DNA of 64,000 nt from Cenococcum geophilum. Taxonomy: Eukaryota. This document shows, piece by piece, positions 49,901 through 64,000 of the stretch. The notes beneath the pieces were generated by a model that was not told where the DNA came from, made no database searches, and worked only from the letters and a program-made list of their open reading frames with translations. A program made the translations under genes and the position numbers. How positions within the stretch are numbered: the first letter of the stretch is position 1; each line of letters starts with the position of its first letter. The stretch covers positions 17,980,001-18,044,000 of the forward strand of contig CP158635.1 in assembly GCA_050273025.1 (NCBI GenBank), read 5' to 3'.

Positions 49901-50292
49901 GATATAGTTGCCTGCGTTTGTTTAGGGATATGCTTTCCTTTGTCTATTCTGCTTTTACTATACTCTCGTTTTGCTATTCTTCTATATTGTAGAACGTTAG
50001 GGGACAACGTTCTTGGTGGGGGAGGTATGTGGTGGTGTAGATTGGACGACGCCTAGTATCTTGGCATTTTCCTGTATTTATACAGCCTTCGGCTTCCTTC
50101 CTTCCTTCCCTCTATTATATATATACCACGACTCTACCAGTTACCAGAAATACACTCTTTTCTTTCTTTCTTACTGACTGATTATGACTGACTGACTGAC
50201 CGACCGACCGACCGACCGACCGATAGACAGACAGACAGACTGACTGACAGCACCGTGACTTTCCTATCTTAGAGAGGTCGTACCCTCCCACA
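43940..50292 (+). mobile_element. Young non-autonomous (gag-only) LTR retroelement, 6353 bp
   Basis: 265-bp TG...CA LTRs at 43940-44204 and 50028-50292, differing by a few substitutions. TSD GTAG (43936-43939 and 50293-50296). PPT GGTGGGGGAGGTA. No RT, RNase H or integrase motifs seen. Confidence 0.92.
44798..46588 (+). pseudogene. Ty3/gypsy-type gag-like ORF interrupted by RIP-type stops
   Basis: ORFs 44798, 45098, 45518 and 46403 are all in one frame. TPYFAGQNVSQFIEQYERLC gag motif and knuckle-like CSGCGGSHRFTKHEC. Confidence 0.8.
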
Positions 50293-53200
50293 GTAGTTTT
50301 CGGCCTATTATTTCACAGTTATAGTATATTTAAAGATGGTATTATCAAAGCTGCTAACTTAATCAGCTGTTATAACTGGAGCACCCTATATTAGTAGCAA
50401 TATCTCTAAAATTTCTACACTCTTTATATTTTACCTACTTACGTCTATTATACTAATTCACTACTATATTTAATTTACACGTGGTTCTCTCTAGGCAATT
50501 ACTTTATATCTAGCTTAAAGCGGTTTTTTTCTAAAAGACTTATTAGAAATTTCATTTATTTCTTATATTTTACCCAACTTTTACTTTAAAATTCTTCAAC
50601 TTATTATTAATTTAATTACAGCAGTACCAAGCGCTTTTTTTGGGTAATTCTTATTGTAATCGCGAATGCGCTGTCGCACCCACTAGGTTTAGCGGCCCAC
50701 CCCAAATTAGGTATAGCACCACCTAGACTACTTAACCCACCCCACGCCGCCGTATAAATAGAGCCCTTTGCCTAACATCCATCCTCTATCCCTTTCTTAT
50801 ACTCTTAACCTTCTTTTTACCCAAAAATCCCATTATAACCTTTGAGCCATTTATCTGGTCGGGACTTAATTTTCGCCAGCCACCGCTCCTCTCTGCCCTC
50901 CCCTGCCTCCCTACCTCCCTACCTCTTTTCCCCTCTTTCATCTACCCTTAACTCACCGAGCTAAATTCGCGTTACGACACAATGCCGCCGCCTCATCATC
51001 TCCATTCAATCCGTCCGCCATCATCAAACCACTCCCTTAATTCGGCCCCCCCGGGGGGGGCCTTCTTTCCAGGCCCCTTCACGCATTCTAGGCCTCCCAT
51101 TACAAGAGTTTCTTGCCTCTCTCTTGGTTTTCTTAACTTAACTTTTATTACTAAACTAGGTCACTTAGCTCCCTTTAGTTAACAAGTATCTTATAACAAG
51201 GAGCTACCGGCTATTAGCCTATAAAGGCTCTAAGCGCATTTAGCTAGTTACAAAAATACCACAAGCGCTATTGCGTTAATAGCTGAGCACATTACAGCAA
51301 GGTATTATTAGGTTAGGCATAGCTGTACTAGGCGTCATCCTTTACAAGCTAGATACTCTTTTTAGTAGCGGTTAAGACGGATTTATAGCGGCCGTGTAAA
51401 CCTTAGTATTATTACAGCTATTACTGCCACAATAAGGGATAGGCGGGGATCCCTATTACATATAATAAGCTAAGCTATAATATAAAAGACTAGCTAAAAA
51501 GCGAGAGTATAAATAACTAGTCCAATAGGACCGAATTCCGGGGGGAAAGGGCGTGCTTACCGCAAGGAAAAAGGGAGAAATCGTTTTAAAGGGGAAGGCA
51601 AGAGAAATAGCTCTTAGGATGGCCTGGCTGCCTTCCTTAGGCATTAATAATAACTCTAATAGCATACTATAGACGCCGAGGGGGTACTAGGAAGGGCCTA
51701 TAATATAACCCTATATATTACTAGTTTCCTACTTAACAATTAGGTAGATATAGATTACTAAAGGAGCTTATAGGCTAAATTAAGGGCCGTAATAGGCAGC
51801 TTAGTGGCCTAAAAGCGCCTAATAATAAACCTAGGTTCCTTTATTATCTAATCTACTTACATAATACAATAAGGGGAAGAGTAGTTATATAAGAGGGGAT
51901 AAGAGAGTTAACGCGCGTATATTACACTAGATCTATTTACTCTACTTAAAGCCGTCTCCGGAAACGCTAAGGATCATATATCTTAAAACAAGAGAAGGTA
52001 ATTTACAGCGAGATCAAGAGGCAGTAAGGGTTCCGCCTCCCTCTAGCCGCGTTAGTCTAGTTTAGTAGTTAGATAATTGGCAGAGATATAAGAGACAAGG
52101 GACTAATATATTAAGGACCTCCTAGCTATAATAGGGGAGATGTAGATCACCTCTAAGTACGCCCTTCGCTAGGCTTATTTTAGGGCAGGTAGAAGGTTAT
52201 AAAAAGCTAAACACGCCTAGGGGCAGTAGTTTTACGCTTAGCCTTCCCGTATATATAGATAATATTTTCTCCTAATGCCCGCATCTTATAAGGAACGCTT
52301 ACACAGTAACGCTTTATATATCGTTGTTTACTAAAGAGCTTAAGGCCTTTTATAACCATTTTCAGCTTTACTAAAAGTATACGCAATACTATAACAATAT
52401 ATATCAGCCTTAATAATACTATCTATTAGGCCCCTTTTATAGCAACAGTTAGTAAGCCTATAAGATAGAATCTTTAGCACTAAGGCCTTCCTCCTTCTAT
52501 GGCCACCTTAGGGAGCCAAACTTTGCCTTAGTGGGACGGTAAAGTATATAACCCTAGATCCGTTATTGCAGGGGAGTCTATAAGTAAGCCGATATTAATC
52601 TCTAATAATAATAGTATAGATAATAACGGAGATATAGATAATTCCTAATCTGGCACAACGCCCCCCTAGATTAAAAAGCTAATTTCGCCTACTAAAGCTA
52701 AGAACCTAAAACCTAGCAATATAACAAGCAGTGCGGGTATATACTTATATCTTTTTACCCTAGAGCAGGATATTTAATAGTTAGCTAACAATTTCCCTAG
52801 CAAGTCCAAGTATAGTATTTAATACTACTAGTAATAACGGCGTTATAGAATTATTCCTTGCTAAAGCGGCGGCACCGGGCTAAGTAACTATACCAAGTAT
52901 ACACATATAAATGTCTGCCCTAGGGCATCTAACAGCTTTCCCACCTTATTCATCTCCCTTACTAGTGCGTCGTTAGAAAGATACGGATCTACCTAATTTT
53001 ATTAAAAATATGCCGTGCGAAGCCAGCCAGATACCCGTAACTAGCAATATAATATATAGTACACGCCTTTAGGGGACACTTAGGGTATTATTAACAGGAA
53101 TTAGGATTAAGCTACAGTCCCCTTAGCCCTAACGCGATTTAAGGCTCTCTTTACTATAGCGGCAGGAGGATCTGCGCTAAAAGAGCACGTAATACCTTAA

Positions 53201-53559
53201 TTATGCCGCTGGTAAAGACGCTAACTTAAAAAGCAAAATATACTTAAGTAGCTCTTAAGGGCGGGGGGATTGTCGCTATAAACGCGGAAATAGAAGCGAT
53301 AATAAGGACTACCGTCCCCTTCCAGTTAAAGATAATAAAGGAAAATAAGATGAGGAAAAAGGTAACGAAGAGGACAATATGCGACTACTAGCACGTAAGC
53401 GCGGTAAAATGATCCCTCCCTAGATAAAGCTTAATGCTGCTACTATACGGCGACTTTATTTATTAGAAGGTCGTGTTTTTTAGTTATAGACTGTCTAAAT
53501 ATTAGCCTATGGCAGAACATACTCTTAGTTACGTGGCATTCCTAGCCTACTATCTTTAT

Positions 53560-53975
53560 ATACTTTACGCGATAAAGAAAGGCCTAGGGAAAGTATATTT
53601 ACTAAGTTTAAAGAGTGGCCACTTAATAACGTGTCCCTTAAGCGCGTTATAGAGAACGGTGTAATAACTTTCTAGCTATAATTTACTTAGGACTTATACG
53701 CGAAACACAAACGTGTAGATTATATTACTAAGAATTAAAAATATATATTCCTAGCTAAGAGGCGCGGCGTAGTAAAGCAAGGCCTATTAATAAGAGCCGC
53801 TTTTACAGCTAATAAAAACGTGTTTATTATTAAGCTAAAGGAAAACCAGAGGCTATAATAGTAGGAAATTTATAACTAGTTCTTAAAAACCTTTCTAGGG
53901 CGTACCGTAGGGGCCTTATAAGTGTGATACTATATAAAGCTAAAGGAGAGGCACGCGAGGACGGTGGGCGGTTAG
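53560..53975 (+). pseudogene. RIP-inactivated Myb/SANT-like domain gene (3' part)
   Basis: One frame reads FKEWPLNNVSLKRVIENGVITF*L*FT*D...FTANKNVFIIKLKENQRL***EIYN*FLKTFLGRTVGAL*V*YYIKLK, which restores to FT..E...LKE...W.EI...F...FPGRT.GALQVRY.TKLK. Upstream extent (possibly from ~51 kb) unresolved. Confidence 0.75.
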
Positions 53976-55123
53976 TGGAAACAAGCTAAGCGGGCCGGGC
54001 GTTAAATAGGGCGAGTGGAAGTTTAACGCACGATTAAAAATCTTATCGGTCTTTACAATTGCTATCATGGTTACTCTAATTAAAATTAGCTAAAGTTTAG
54101 ATCTCTTCTGGAGAGAATATCGTCGCGTTAAGGCTACTCAAACTTCCTGTATCTTATAAATGTGACATATTAAGTGGATATCTTTATTTCCCCTATCCTC
54201 CGTTCCTAAGTAGAATAATCTGCTAACTCCATCCCGTCACATTCTAAAGACAAGGGGAATAATAAATAGGGTAACTCGACCTTAATAACAATCGTGCCCC
54301 TACTATCTAGAACAGCCTAACACCTATACTTCGCCGCTTCTATATCTAACAGTTTTGCAGTTAATCCTACTACTACCTTTACTTTCCCTTTCTTATACCA
54401 TTTAGGCCAGACTGTCTAGGTCTTTGCTGCTGCTCTTAAGGTTTGAAAAAAGGGGTACTGGGACTCCTGTCGGCCAACCCTGAAGCGGTTCACCTAATCT
54501 AAGAAATCACACCATCCAGTACACGTAAAACGGTACCTTAGGCAGTTTAAGCTTCCCTATCTCCCCGCTACTTAGTAAGGTTGGCTTCGTCCTAATGCTT
54601 ACTATTACCCCGCCCCCCTTTACGATAGACGTGAACTTAAACACCTACCCCATATTTTCGTAATAAAATCCGGTTTATTATAATGCAAGGCCACGGATTA
54701 ACTGTCCGTAATATAAGCCTATAAAATAACGGTCTTCCCCCTCGTGCGCGACTGTTCACTTTCTCCATTATGATACTCCGAAAACATGTCCACGACTCCA
54801 TTACCGCCCCGTCTTAAGAGTATGGATCTAATCCATCTTTGGACGAGGTATTATTATTATAAGAATGCCGTCGAACTAGACTCCTCCGCTTTAGATAGTG
54901 GTGACTTTAAAAATATCCTTAAGTCCACTAAGGACTTGCTAGAGCATGTCGAATATTAAAATGAGATTATTACCTCTTAATCCTGGAAGGTATTAGTTAA
55001 CCCTTATTAATTATAGCGAAGTACTAGAATAGAAGTGAAGAAGCGAATAATATTCCTCACGTTAACGTGGCCGATAGTCGTTAAGGATTTGAGGCAACAG
55101 TGTATAATTTGATTGTCTCTCAG

Positions 55124-56110
55124 TAGGGCGGTCGATTAATTAATTAAATCAACTACAGGCCTCCAGTTGATTTAATTAACTGCTTAATTAGCAGGCGGTC
55201 GATTTAATTGATTTAGTTAATAAGTTTTGATGGTTAATTTAAATTAATTTATACTAAATTAACTGGGATTAATATATAGTCTTGGTATGGTTGAATAAGT
55301 ATTTGACTTATTTTTGCCTGCTAAAAGCTCCCTTCCTGCCCCTATACCGCTGAATTGACCCTTTATTAACGTCTTAGCATAGTGTAGCACTTGCCGCTTA
55401 TCCTTCCTTCTCTCCCTCGCACTTTGCTGGTGCGCAGCATGCCTATTACGCCCTTATGCCCAGCGATAGCAGCGCGCTAATACTCCCTAACGCCATCTGC
55501 TATCGTAGCTGCATTATAGTAAGGTCTGCTTTACTAAATTAACACTCTAGCTTATTGTTTATGCGTGGAATTGTGAGTATATCAAGCGCCATACGAGAGG
55601 GCCGTAGAGGGTCGCGTTTTCATTGGTTAAAACAAAGCTAGAAGGCGCGAAAACGCTGCTATAAGCTAATAAATGGTTTAAAATAATAGAACTACCGTTA
55701 GTAAGCTCTAGTAACGCCATGAAGTTAATATAGAGGTAGTGTCTACGATGAGGAAGTTGAAGATTAATGCTAAGCGAATTCTATTAACTAAAATTACGCT
55801 GGAATAGACTTCTAAGGCAAAGAGCGCTAATGCGTTAAAAAGTTGCTTGTAGAAGCTCCACTATTACTATCAGTCTGCCTTTGTTCTCTAATTTTCGGAG
55901 AAGAGGTAGAAAGTTTACGGACAACATAGACTTTAAAAAGAACCCGATATTAACCAAGAAGAATCTTTTTTGGTAGCTCCGAGGGAGACTTAGGTAGTTC
56001 TACTCGCCAATCTCTTGTTCTAATAAAAGAGATTCTTAGGCGCGGGAAACGCAACTAATTCTAGAGTTATTTAAGGATTACTCTAAGTAGAGTTCGGCTC
56101 ATATTTAATG
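55124..56110 (+). mobile_element. Possible truncated hAT-like element end
   Basis: TAGGGCGGTCGATT start followed by GATTTAATT/CAACT subterminal repeats like those of the 42905 MITE. No partner TIR seen; cut by gypsy copy 2. Confidence 0.35.
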
Positions 56111-56111
56111 T

Positions 56112-59100
56112 TAATTACAATAATATATACCAAATTTATAAAGACGCTAAGTATAGCGCAAGCTATTAGCTATAAGAGCTAGAATTAATAAAGTTTAAAG
56201 GAACTAATAAACTATTATATAGATTGGATATTAAAGATAACAAGTTTAATAAAGGCGAAATATTTAGCAATAATAAGGTAATAAGGGCAGCTTACTAAGA
56301 GTATATAGACCTTAAGGACGTAATAATAAAAGTAGGGACTAAGACCGCTATAGAGTAAGGTTTAGTAACGGGAATTATAATACCATTAGATACGGTCTAT
56401 CGCTTTATAAAATAGTAGGAAGAGTATTTTATAGAGATTAAGTAAGCAGACAAGTACTAGTGCTAATTTACTACTTAATAAAGGTAAAAGGCTAAAGGCT
56501 TAAGATTCTTAAGACAAGATAAGAGATAATTAAGATTTTTAAGATAAGATAAGGTATACCTAAGGACCTATAATGGATAAAAACCAATAAAATAGGGTAG
56601 TAGCTTAGTTTAGTAATATACGAATAAGCTTAGAATAGAGTTTCCTAAAGGTATAAAACTCTTAAGATAAGATAAGTAAGATTTAAGACTCTTAAGATAA
56701 GATAAGAATACCTAAGCCTAATTAAACTAAGATAGGAGTAAAGCTTAAGATAGAAGTAAGCTTAGGATTAAGAATTTTATAGAACTAAGATTTTAATATA
56801 TAAATAAGGACTATTAATAAGAGAATTAAAAAGTAAGAAGACTTTAAGGATCTACTTATAAGACGCGAAAAGAAAGAAACTATAGAGGAATTTAGAGCGA
56901 GAATTACCTTATTATAAGAGCAGAAACTAGATAAAAGATCTAGTATATTAGGACGTATAAGGGACAGAGTACTTATATAAAGAGTTACTAATAGACCTAA
57001 AATAGGCATACTAAGAGCTAAGTAGCTTACTAAACTGGAATAAGAAGAGGATTTAGGGATTTTAACTAGATTTAAAGAATGATATATAAAAGACTGTTAT
57101 AACGCAGTAATTAAAAGATATTTCCTTACGGATACGCTGTATATACTTAAAGGGTTATACTAAAAGTAGTATAAATAATAATATAATAATAAGTAGGAGG
57201 ATTTCTATATATAGTTAGATAAGAAAGTTATTTAAGACTACCTAATTATAGAAAAGGCTATAACTTATATTAAAGGAGCCTTAATTATAATATTAAAAGA
57301 TTTAGAAGAGTAATTAGAGGACTAGAGAAGCAAGAGGCAGATCTTAGTTTCTATAAATAAAGTTATAACGCTTAGATTAACACGAAAAAGGTTTAAACTT
57401 AAGAATAAAGATAAGCTAAGAGTTAACCTAAGACACTAAGCGTATTATATATTGGTATAAATTATATACGTGGATAATATATATAATATATATAGAGTAC
57501 CTAAAAATAAAAACTAAAAGTACCTAGTAAGGATATATTGGGCACCGGATAAGGCAAAATATAGAAATACTAAGTATATGCATAGTTAGCACCTAGTAGA
57601 AGTTTAAGGATAAGGGGACTTAATACTTTAGCTAAGAAGATTTCTTACGGAAGAATACCTAAATAGACGATAGTAGTAGGAATATCCTAAAAATACGTGT
57701 TTATAGTATATTAAAGATAAAAAGTAAACTAAGTATTAGCTAAAAGCGGACTAAGTATAAATAAGATCTAGTAGCTAATAGTTAGGAAAAGTAGAGACCT
57801 ACGGAACTAAAGGGAGCTAGTAGTAAAGTCTTAAACCCTTAAAGGAATTTAAAGACGATACTTAAATTTATAAGTTAAATAGTAGGATTAGCAGTTTAAA
57901 GTACTAATAGATAGTAGAGTAATAAGGAACTATATTTTACTAGTAGCAGTTAAAAAAAATAGAATTACTATATAGAAAGAAGGAATATTCTTACCTATTA
58001 GTAATAATTTTAGGAGATCCGATAGCCTATAGAGGAGGTATTATTAATCTTAAAATAGGACCTATTTAGCTAACTATTAAAGGGAGATAAATTAAGATGT
58101 CTTTTAATATATTACTATTAGGAAATAATAAGGCAGTACTAAAAATGCCTTAGTTATAGGTTAGGTTAATATTATAGATACTTAACGCTATAAGATATAA
58201 CAATAAACTAAATTAGTATGGTACTAAGTAGGAGTAACGTATAAAGAAACTAAGGAAGGGTTAGATTATATACTAAAGAAATACTATAAGTATAGTAAGA
58301 AGCTATAGTTACCAGAAAATAAGAAGCTATTAAGGTATATAGTATAGGACTATAAGATAGAATTAGAACTAGGAATAAGTCTAAGGTTCTTTCTAACCTA
58401 TAAACTTATAAAAAAAGGGTTATAGGTACTTAAAGAGTTTATTTAAAAGAATTTATAAAAGGGATATATTAGACCATTATAGTTATTAGTAGGATATCCA
58501 GTATTATTTATATTAAAGAAAAATGGTAAATTAAGGCTATATATTAACTATAGATAGTTAAATAGCATTATAAGAAAGGATAGGTATTCTTTACCTTTAA
58601 TTAGCGAAATTTAAGATAGGATAGGTAATATATAAATCTTTACGAAAATAGACCTAAGATAGGCGTACTATTAGATTAAAATTAAGGAAAGCAATAAATA
58701 GAAGGCAGCCTTTAGGTTAAAGGAAGGACTATATAAACTATTAGGTATGCAATTCGGGCTTATAAATATATTAGTAATATTCTAGAAGCGGATTAATAGC
58801 GTATTAAGAGAACACCTTAATAAGTTTGTTATAGTATATCTTAATAATATTATTATCTACTTAATAAGTAAGGAAGAATATAAAGAATATATTAAATGGG
58901 TTTTAAAGAGACTATAAAAAGAATAGATGCTAGTAGTAATTAAGAAATACGAGTTCTTTATAAAAAAGACCAATTTTGTTAGATTTATTATTAAATTAAG
59001 TAAATTAAGTATGGACCTAAAGAAAATTAAAGCTATAGTTAATTGGCAAGAGCTAGAGAATGTTACATAGTTAAGATTATTTTTAGGGTTTTGTAACTAC

Positions 59101-62100
59101 TATAGGAGGTTTATAGTATAATAGTTAAAAAAATATTAAGCTATTTACTTAATTAATAAAGAAAGAGGAACTATAGGTATAGGGAGACGAGTAAAAGAAG
59201 TTATTTATAGAACTTAAGGAGTTGTTTACCTAGGAACCAATCCTTAAGATCTACTAACTAAAGTTAAAAACGGTTGTTAAAATTAATGTATTAGACTTTA
59301 TATTAGGAGTATACTTTATATAGAAATATAAAGATAGATAGCATCTAGTAGTGTACTATAGTTAAAAGATAATACTACTAAAGTTAAACTATAACATCTA
59401 TAATAAAGAGTTATTAGGTATAGTTATAGTACTAAAGAAATAGAGAGCGTTCTTATAAGGAATAAAGAAACTATTTATAGTTAAGACGGATTATAAAAAC
59501 CTAATAGGATTTTTAACAACGAAGGAACTTAACTAAAGATAGGTTAGATAGGCAGAGATACTTATAGACTACTATTTTAAGATTTAGTATATTAAGGGTA
59601 CAGACAATGCATAAGTAGACGCTCTAAGTAAAAAGGCTAAACTATAAAATAACGAAAAGCCATTAGGGGCTTTACTGCAAAAAGATATAGACGGATTAAT
59701 TAGGTATAATTATCTAAAAATCGCAGCTACTTAAGAAGATAAATTAGAAAGAATTTATAAGATATTAAAAAGCTTTTAAGTATAAAGAATTTTAGAGGTA
59801 TAACTAAAAGATCTATAGATGGATATATATAAGAACTAAGAAGCCACATACATCCTAAAAGGTATAGTAGAGCATTTTATAGAAGATTTCTATAAGGGAA
59901 TAACTTAAGGATATAATAGAGCTATAGGCTTAGTGTCGAGACTTTAAGAAGAATATATTATTAATAGAATTTAAAGAATAGCTAAAAGGGTTACTAAAGA
60001 GTATCTAAATTACTAAAGAAATAAGCTAATAAGATATAAGCTATATAGAGGACTATAACTAGTTAAAATACTAGAGAAACTATAGGAGGTTATATTATAG
60101 GACTTTATTATTAAGTTACTAAAGTTAAGAGATCCTATTACGTGATAAGATTATAACGTAATCTTAGTAATAGTGGATAAGCTTATAAAGTAGGGATACT
60201 TTATAGCATGTATAAAAGAAATCTTAGCGGAAGATGTTACTAGAATCTATATTAAAGAAGTATTTATAAGATATGGAGCACTAAGCAAAATTATATTAGA
60301 TAGAGATTTAAGATTTATAGTAGCATTTTAGGAGGTATTTTTAGCAGAATAAGGAGTTAGAGTAGTAACTTTTACTGTATATTATCCGCAAACAGACGGT
60401 TAAACAAAAAGGTTAAATTAGACACTAGAGCAGTATCTAAAACATTATATTAACTATGTATAAAATAATTGGGTATCGTTATTACTAGTTATATAATTTA
60501 TATATAATATAATACTATAGGAAGGAATAGGCATATTACTATTTAAGGCGAACTATAGATACGAGCTAAAAATATCCTTATTACTACGTTAAGTAAAGAA
60601 AACGAGTAGTATAGCTAAGTAAAGAATAAAGACTTTAATAAATCTTTATATAGACCTTATAGAAATAGCTAAAATAGTATAATAGAAAATAAAAAGGTAC
60701 TATAATGCTAAGAGATTTAAGGGACTAGATCTTAAGAAGGGAGATAAAGTATAGCTACTATATAAAAATTTTAAGTGTTAATAACTAAACAAGAAGTTAA
60801 TCTATGTTAGACTAGGACCTTTTAAAATTACGTAAAGAATTTTACTGGTTATATTTAAGTTAAATCTACTAGCTAAGATAAAGATCTACCCTATATAGTA
60901 TATCGCGATGCTAGAGCTAGTATATAGAAATATTAAGCCACTGGTCTATAAGGCAGACACATATAGAGGACAAAAGGAAGATAAATAGTAAGTTTTAAAG
61001 ATTATTAGTTATAAGGATATAGATAATAAAATATAGTATAAAGTAAAGTAGATAGGCTATACTAAGACTACCTAGGAGTTACTAGAGAATCTAAAGAACG
61101 CTATAGGAAAGGTATAGGAGTATTAGAAGAGATTAGGGCAGGTAATATGAAAGAAAGATTATTAAAAAATGAGTTACTTAAGGGGGACCCAGGAGGAACA
61201 GCTACTAAGCTATTTAAAGCTGTTCCCTATTTAGTTAAGGGAGGATTAGTCCTCTTATTACTAAGTTCCTATAAACTTTATTTTATAAGTTTCTACTCCT
61301 TAAAACGGACCTTCTTATATACTTTTTTAAGATAAAGTAGCTAAGTAAACGCCGTAATGCGAGTATATAGGGCCTTTTATTCTATATCTTAAGAACGCTT
61401 AAACTTAGTAAGGGCCTACACTAGGTTACTATCTAGCTTTATAGCAATAGTTTAAATATAAGACCCTATAATAAATTACTTAGGGAACCTAGAGACTATT
61501 AAGAGTTATAGAACGCGTATATTTAGTATTAAAAGTAGAATAAACGTTATAAAAAGAATAAACGTTTACTTTAGTGCACTTTAAGTAAAAGGATAATTGC
61601 TAAGATAAAGGGCTTACTAGCGTAATATAAACTAATCCCTTTTTCGTATAATAAGAATATAGAGATAATATAATTTTACTAAGTAATAATATAGCAATAA
61701 TAGTGCGGGCATAACGTTACGCATATAAAGAAGAAGATGCTTTAGGTATAATAAGTAACAATATTAACTAAATTAATTAGATGGATATTATACCTCTAGT
61801 AAACAACTTAGAGATATTAGGAATCTTTAAAGATAAAGATAAAGAGAAGGGAGATAGTATTATAGACGCTTTAAGTATAATATTATAACTACTTAAAGAG
61901 AAGTTAAAAGAAGCTAGTTAGTTAATATAAGTACGGTCTAGGATAAAACTAGTAGAACTATATAATAAGGAATAGTAAGCGAGTTATATAATATATTATA
62001 TATTAAATAAGAGGAATATAAGAAACTTATATACCTTATATATAACACGTATATTACGTATAAGAAGGATTTCTTAGGAGTATAGTTATATATTTAAAGG

Positions 62101-62279
62101 ACTATAGTCCCTACCTAGATAGTTCCTTTCTTATAGTAATTCTTAGAATATAATTAGAGTTAATCTATTAGGCAACTACTCCACTAGTTATTATTACATT
62201 ATTAACTTTATTTATATCACCTATATATTTAGCCTATTAATAGGACCTACCGTAGTTCTTACTATAAGGTTCCATTATA
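56112..62279 (+). mobile_element. Ty3/gypsy copy 2 (5'-truncated, heavily RIP-mutated)
   Basis: Collinear with the reverse complement of 6666-12970. YPQTDG at ~60383; PPT GAGAAGGGAGATAG then the 422-bp LTR 61858-62279. Confidence 0.92.
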
Positions 62280-62280
62280 C

Positions 62281-64000
62281 GTACGGCTTATACCTTATTA
62301 GTTTATTCCTTTAACAATCTAAATACTCTTTTATTACTTTCTTAGCTATACCTTAGATTCCGTTAATAATATATTCCTCTTAAAGTCTTAACACTAAGCC
62401 TATTACTCTATTATGTCCTTAAGTTATTCCCTTATAAAAATCTTTTATAAAATACTCTACTATACTTCTTAGGATATACTTTACTTCTTAATTTTTATAT
62501 ATATCTATCTATAAATCTTTTAGCTATATTTTTAGAATTCTTTATACCTAAAAGCTCTTTAGTATCTTATAGACTCTTTCTAGTTCTTTATCCTCTTAAG
62601 TTGCTGCTAGCTTAGGGTAATTATATCTAATTAATCCGTTATTATCTCTGTGTAGTATTACTCCTAATAGTTTTTTTATCGTTTTATAATTCAGCCTTTT
62701 TACTTAGCGCATCTGCCTTTATATTCTTAGTACCTTTAGTATACTAAATTTTAAAATAGTATTCTATAAGCATCTCTGCCCATCTAACCTACCTCTAATT
62801 AAGTTCTTTTATTATTAGGAACCCTATTAAGTTCTTATAATCTATTTTAACTATAAATAGTTTTTCTATACCTTATAAGAATACTCTTTATTTCTTAAGT
62901 ACTATAACTATACCTAATAACTCCTTATTATAAATATTATAGTTTAACTCTAGTAGTGTTATCTTCTAACTATAATATGCTACTAGATGCTATATATTCC
63001 TATACTTTTATAGCAAATATACTCCTAGTATAAAGTCTAATATATCCGTTTCTACAACTATATTTAGTCCTAGTTAATAGATTTTAAGGATTAACTCCTA
63101 GGTAAATAACTCCTTAAGTTCTTTCAATAGCTTTTTTTATTCCTCTTTCTTTATAAGCCTAGTAAATAGTTTAATGTTTTTTAACTGCTATGCTATAAAC
63201 CTCCTATAGTAGTTATAAACCCCTAAAAATAACCTTAACTGCGTTACGTTTTCTAGTTCTTACTAACTTACTATAGCTTTAATCTTCTTTAGGTCCATAC
63301 TAATATAATCTAATTTAATAATAAATTTAATAAAATTAGTCTTCCTTATAAAGAACTTATATTTCTTAATTACTACTAGCCTTTATTCTTCTTATAGTCT
63401 CTTTAAAACCTATTTAACGTATTCTCCGTATTCTTCCTTAGTTATTAAGTAGATAATAATATTGTTAAGGTATACCATAATAAACTTATTAAGGTGTTCT
63501 CCTAATATACTATTAATTCTCTTTTAAAACGTTACTAGTATATTTATTAACCCGAATTGCATAACTAATAGTTTATATAGTCCTTCTTTTAACCTAAAAA
63601 CTGCCTTTTATTTATCGCCTTCCTTAATTCTAATCTAATAGTACGCCTATCTTAGATTTATCTTTATAAAGATTTATACATTACCTATCTAATCCTAAAT
63701 TTTGCTAATTAAGGGTAAAGAATACCTATCCTTCTAAGTAATGCTATTTAACTATTTATAGTTAATATATAGTCTAAGTTTTCCGTTCTTCTTTAGTATA
63801 AATAGTACTAAATAACCTACTAATAACTATAATGGTTTAATATATCCCTTTTATAGGTTTTCTTAGACAAACTCTTTAAGTGCTCTTAACTCCTCTTAGG
63901 TAAGCTTATAGGTTAAAAAGAACCTTAGACTTATTCCTAGTTCTAACTCTATTTTATAGTCCTATACTATATAATCTACCAGCTTTTTACTTTCTAGGCT
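62281..64000 (-). mobile_element. Ty3/gypsy copy 3 fragment (RT-RNase H-integrase start), runs off the window
   Basis: Same-strand match to ~8900-10635 of copy 1. Confidence 0.9.

Noticed and set aside
525..53975. A single Starship spanning captain to Myb gene with the HET island as cargo
   Set aside because: The captain is transcribed away from this interval and no boundary repeats could be identified; unsupported as drawn.

Overview
Filamentous-ascomycete DNA, mostly transposon relics degraded by RIP (C>T/G>A, with TAA/TAG replacing CAA/CAG/TGG), around one GC-rich island that escaped RIP (~24.4-31.5 kb). The island holds three apparently intact genes: a 374-aa membrane protein, an 886-aa HET-domain protein and a small secreted protein. 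It also holds a pogo-transposase C-terminal scrap. The main structural result is a set of three nested TA-flanked, ACGT-terminated (pogo/Fot1-type) TIR elements: X1 5619-32707 > X2 6276-32436 > Y 6380-31566. X1 and X2 are two opposite-orientation copies of one ~0.95-kb family, so each supplies the empty-site sequence for the other's insertion. The innermost ~25-kb element Y encloses the gene island. Also present: a RIP-killed Starship captain (DUF3435 tyrosine recombinase, 525-3121 -), a Myb/SANT relic, three copies or fragments of one chromoviral Ty3/gypsy family, a Helitron, a young pogo element inside a 254-bp tandem repeat, a young gag-only LTR element with a 4-bp TSD, a hAT MITE and a mariner-type MITE. 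All calls come from reading and hand translation only; boundaries of heavily RIP-degraded relics are approximate.
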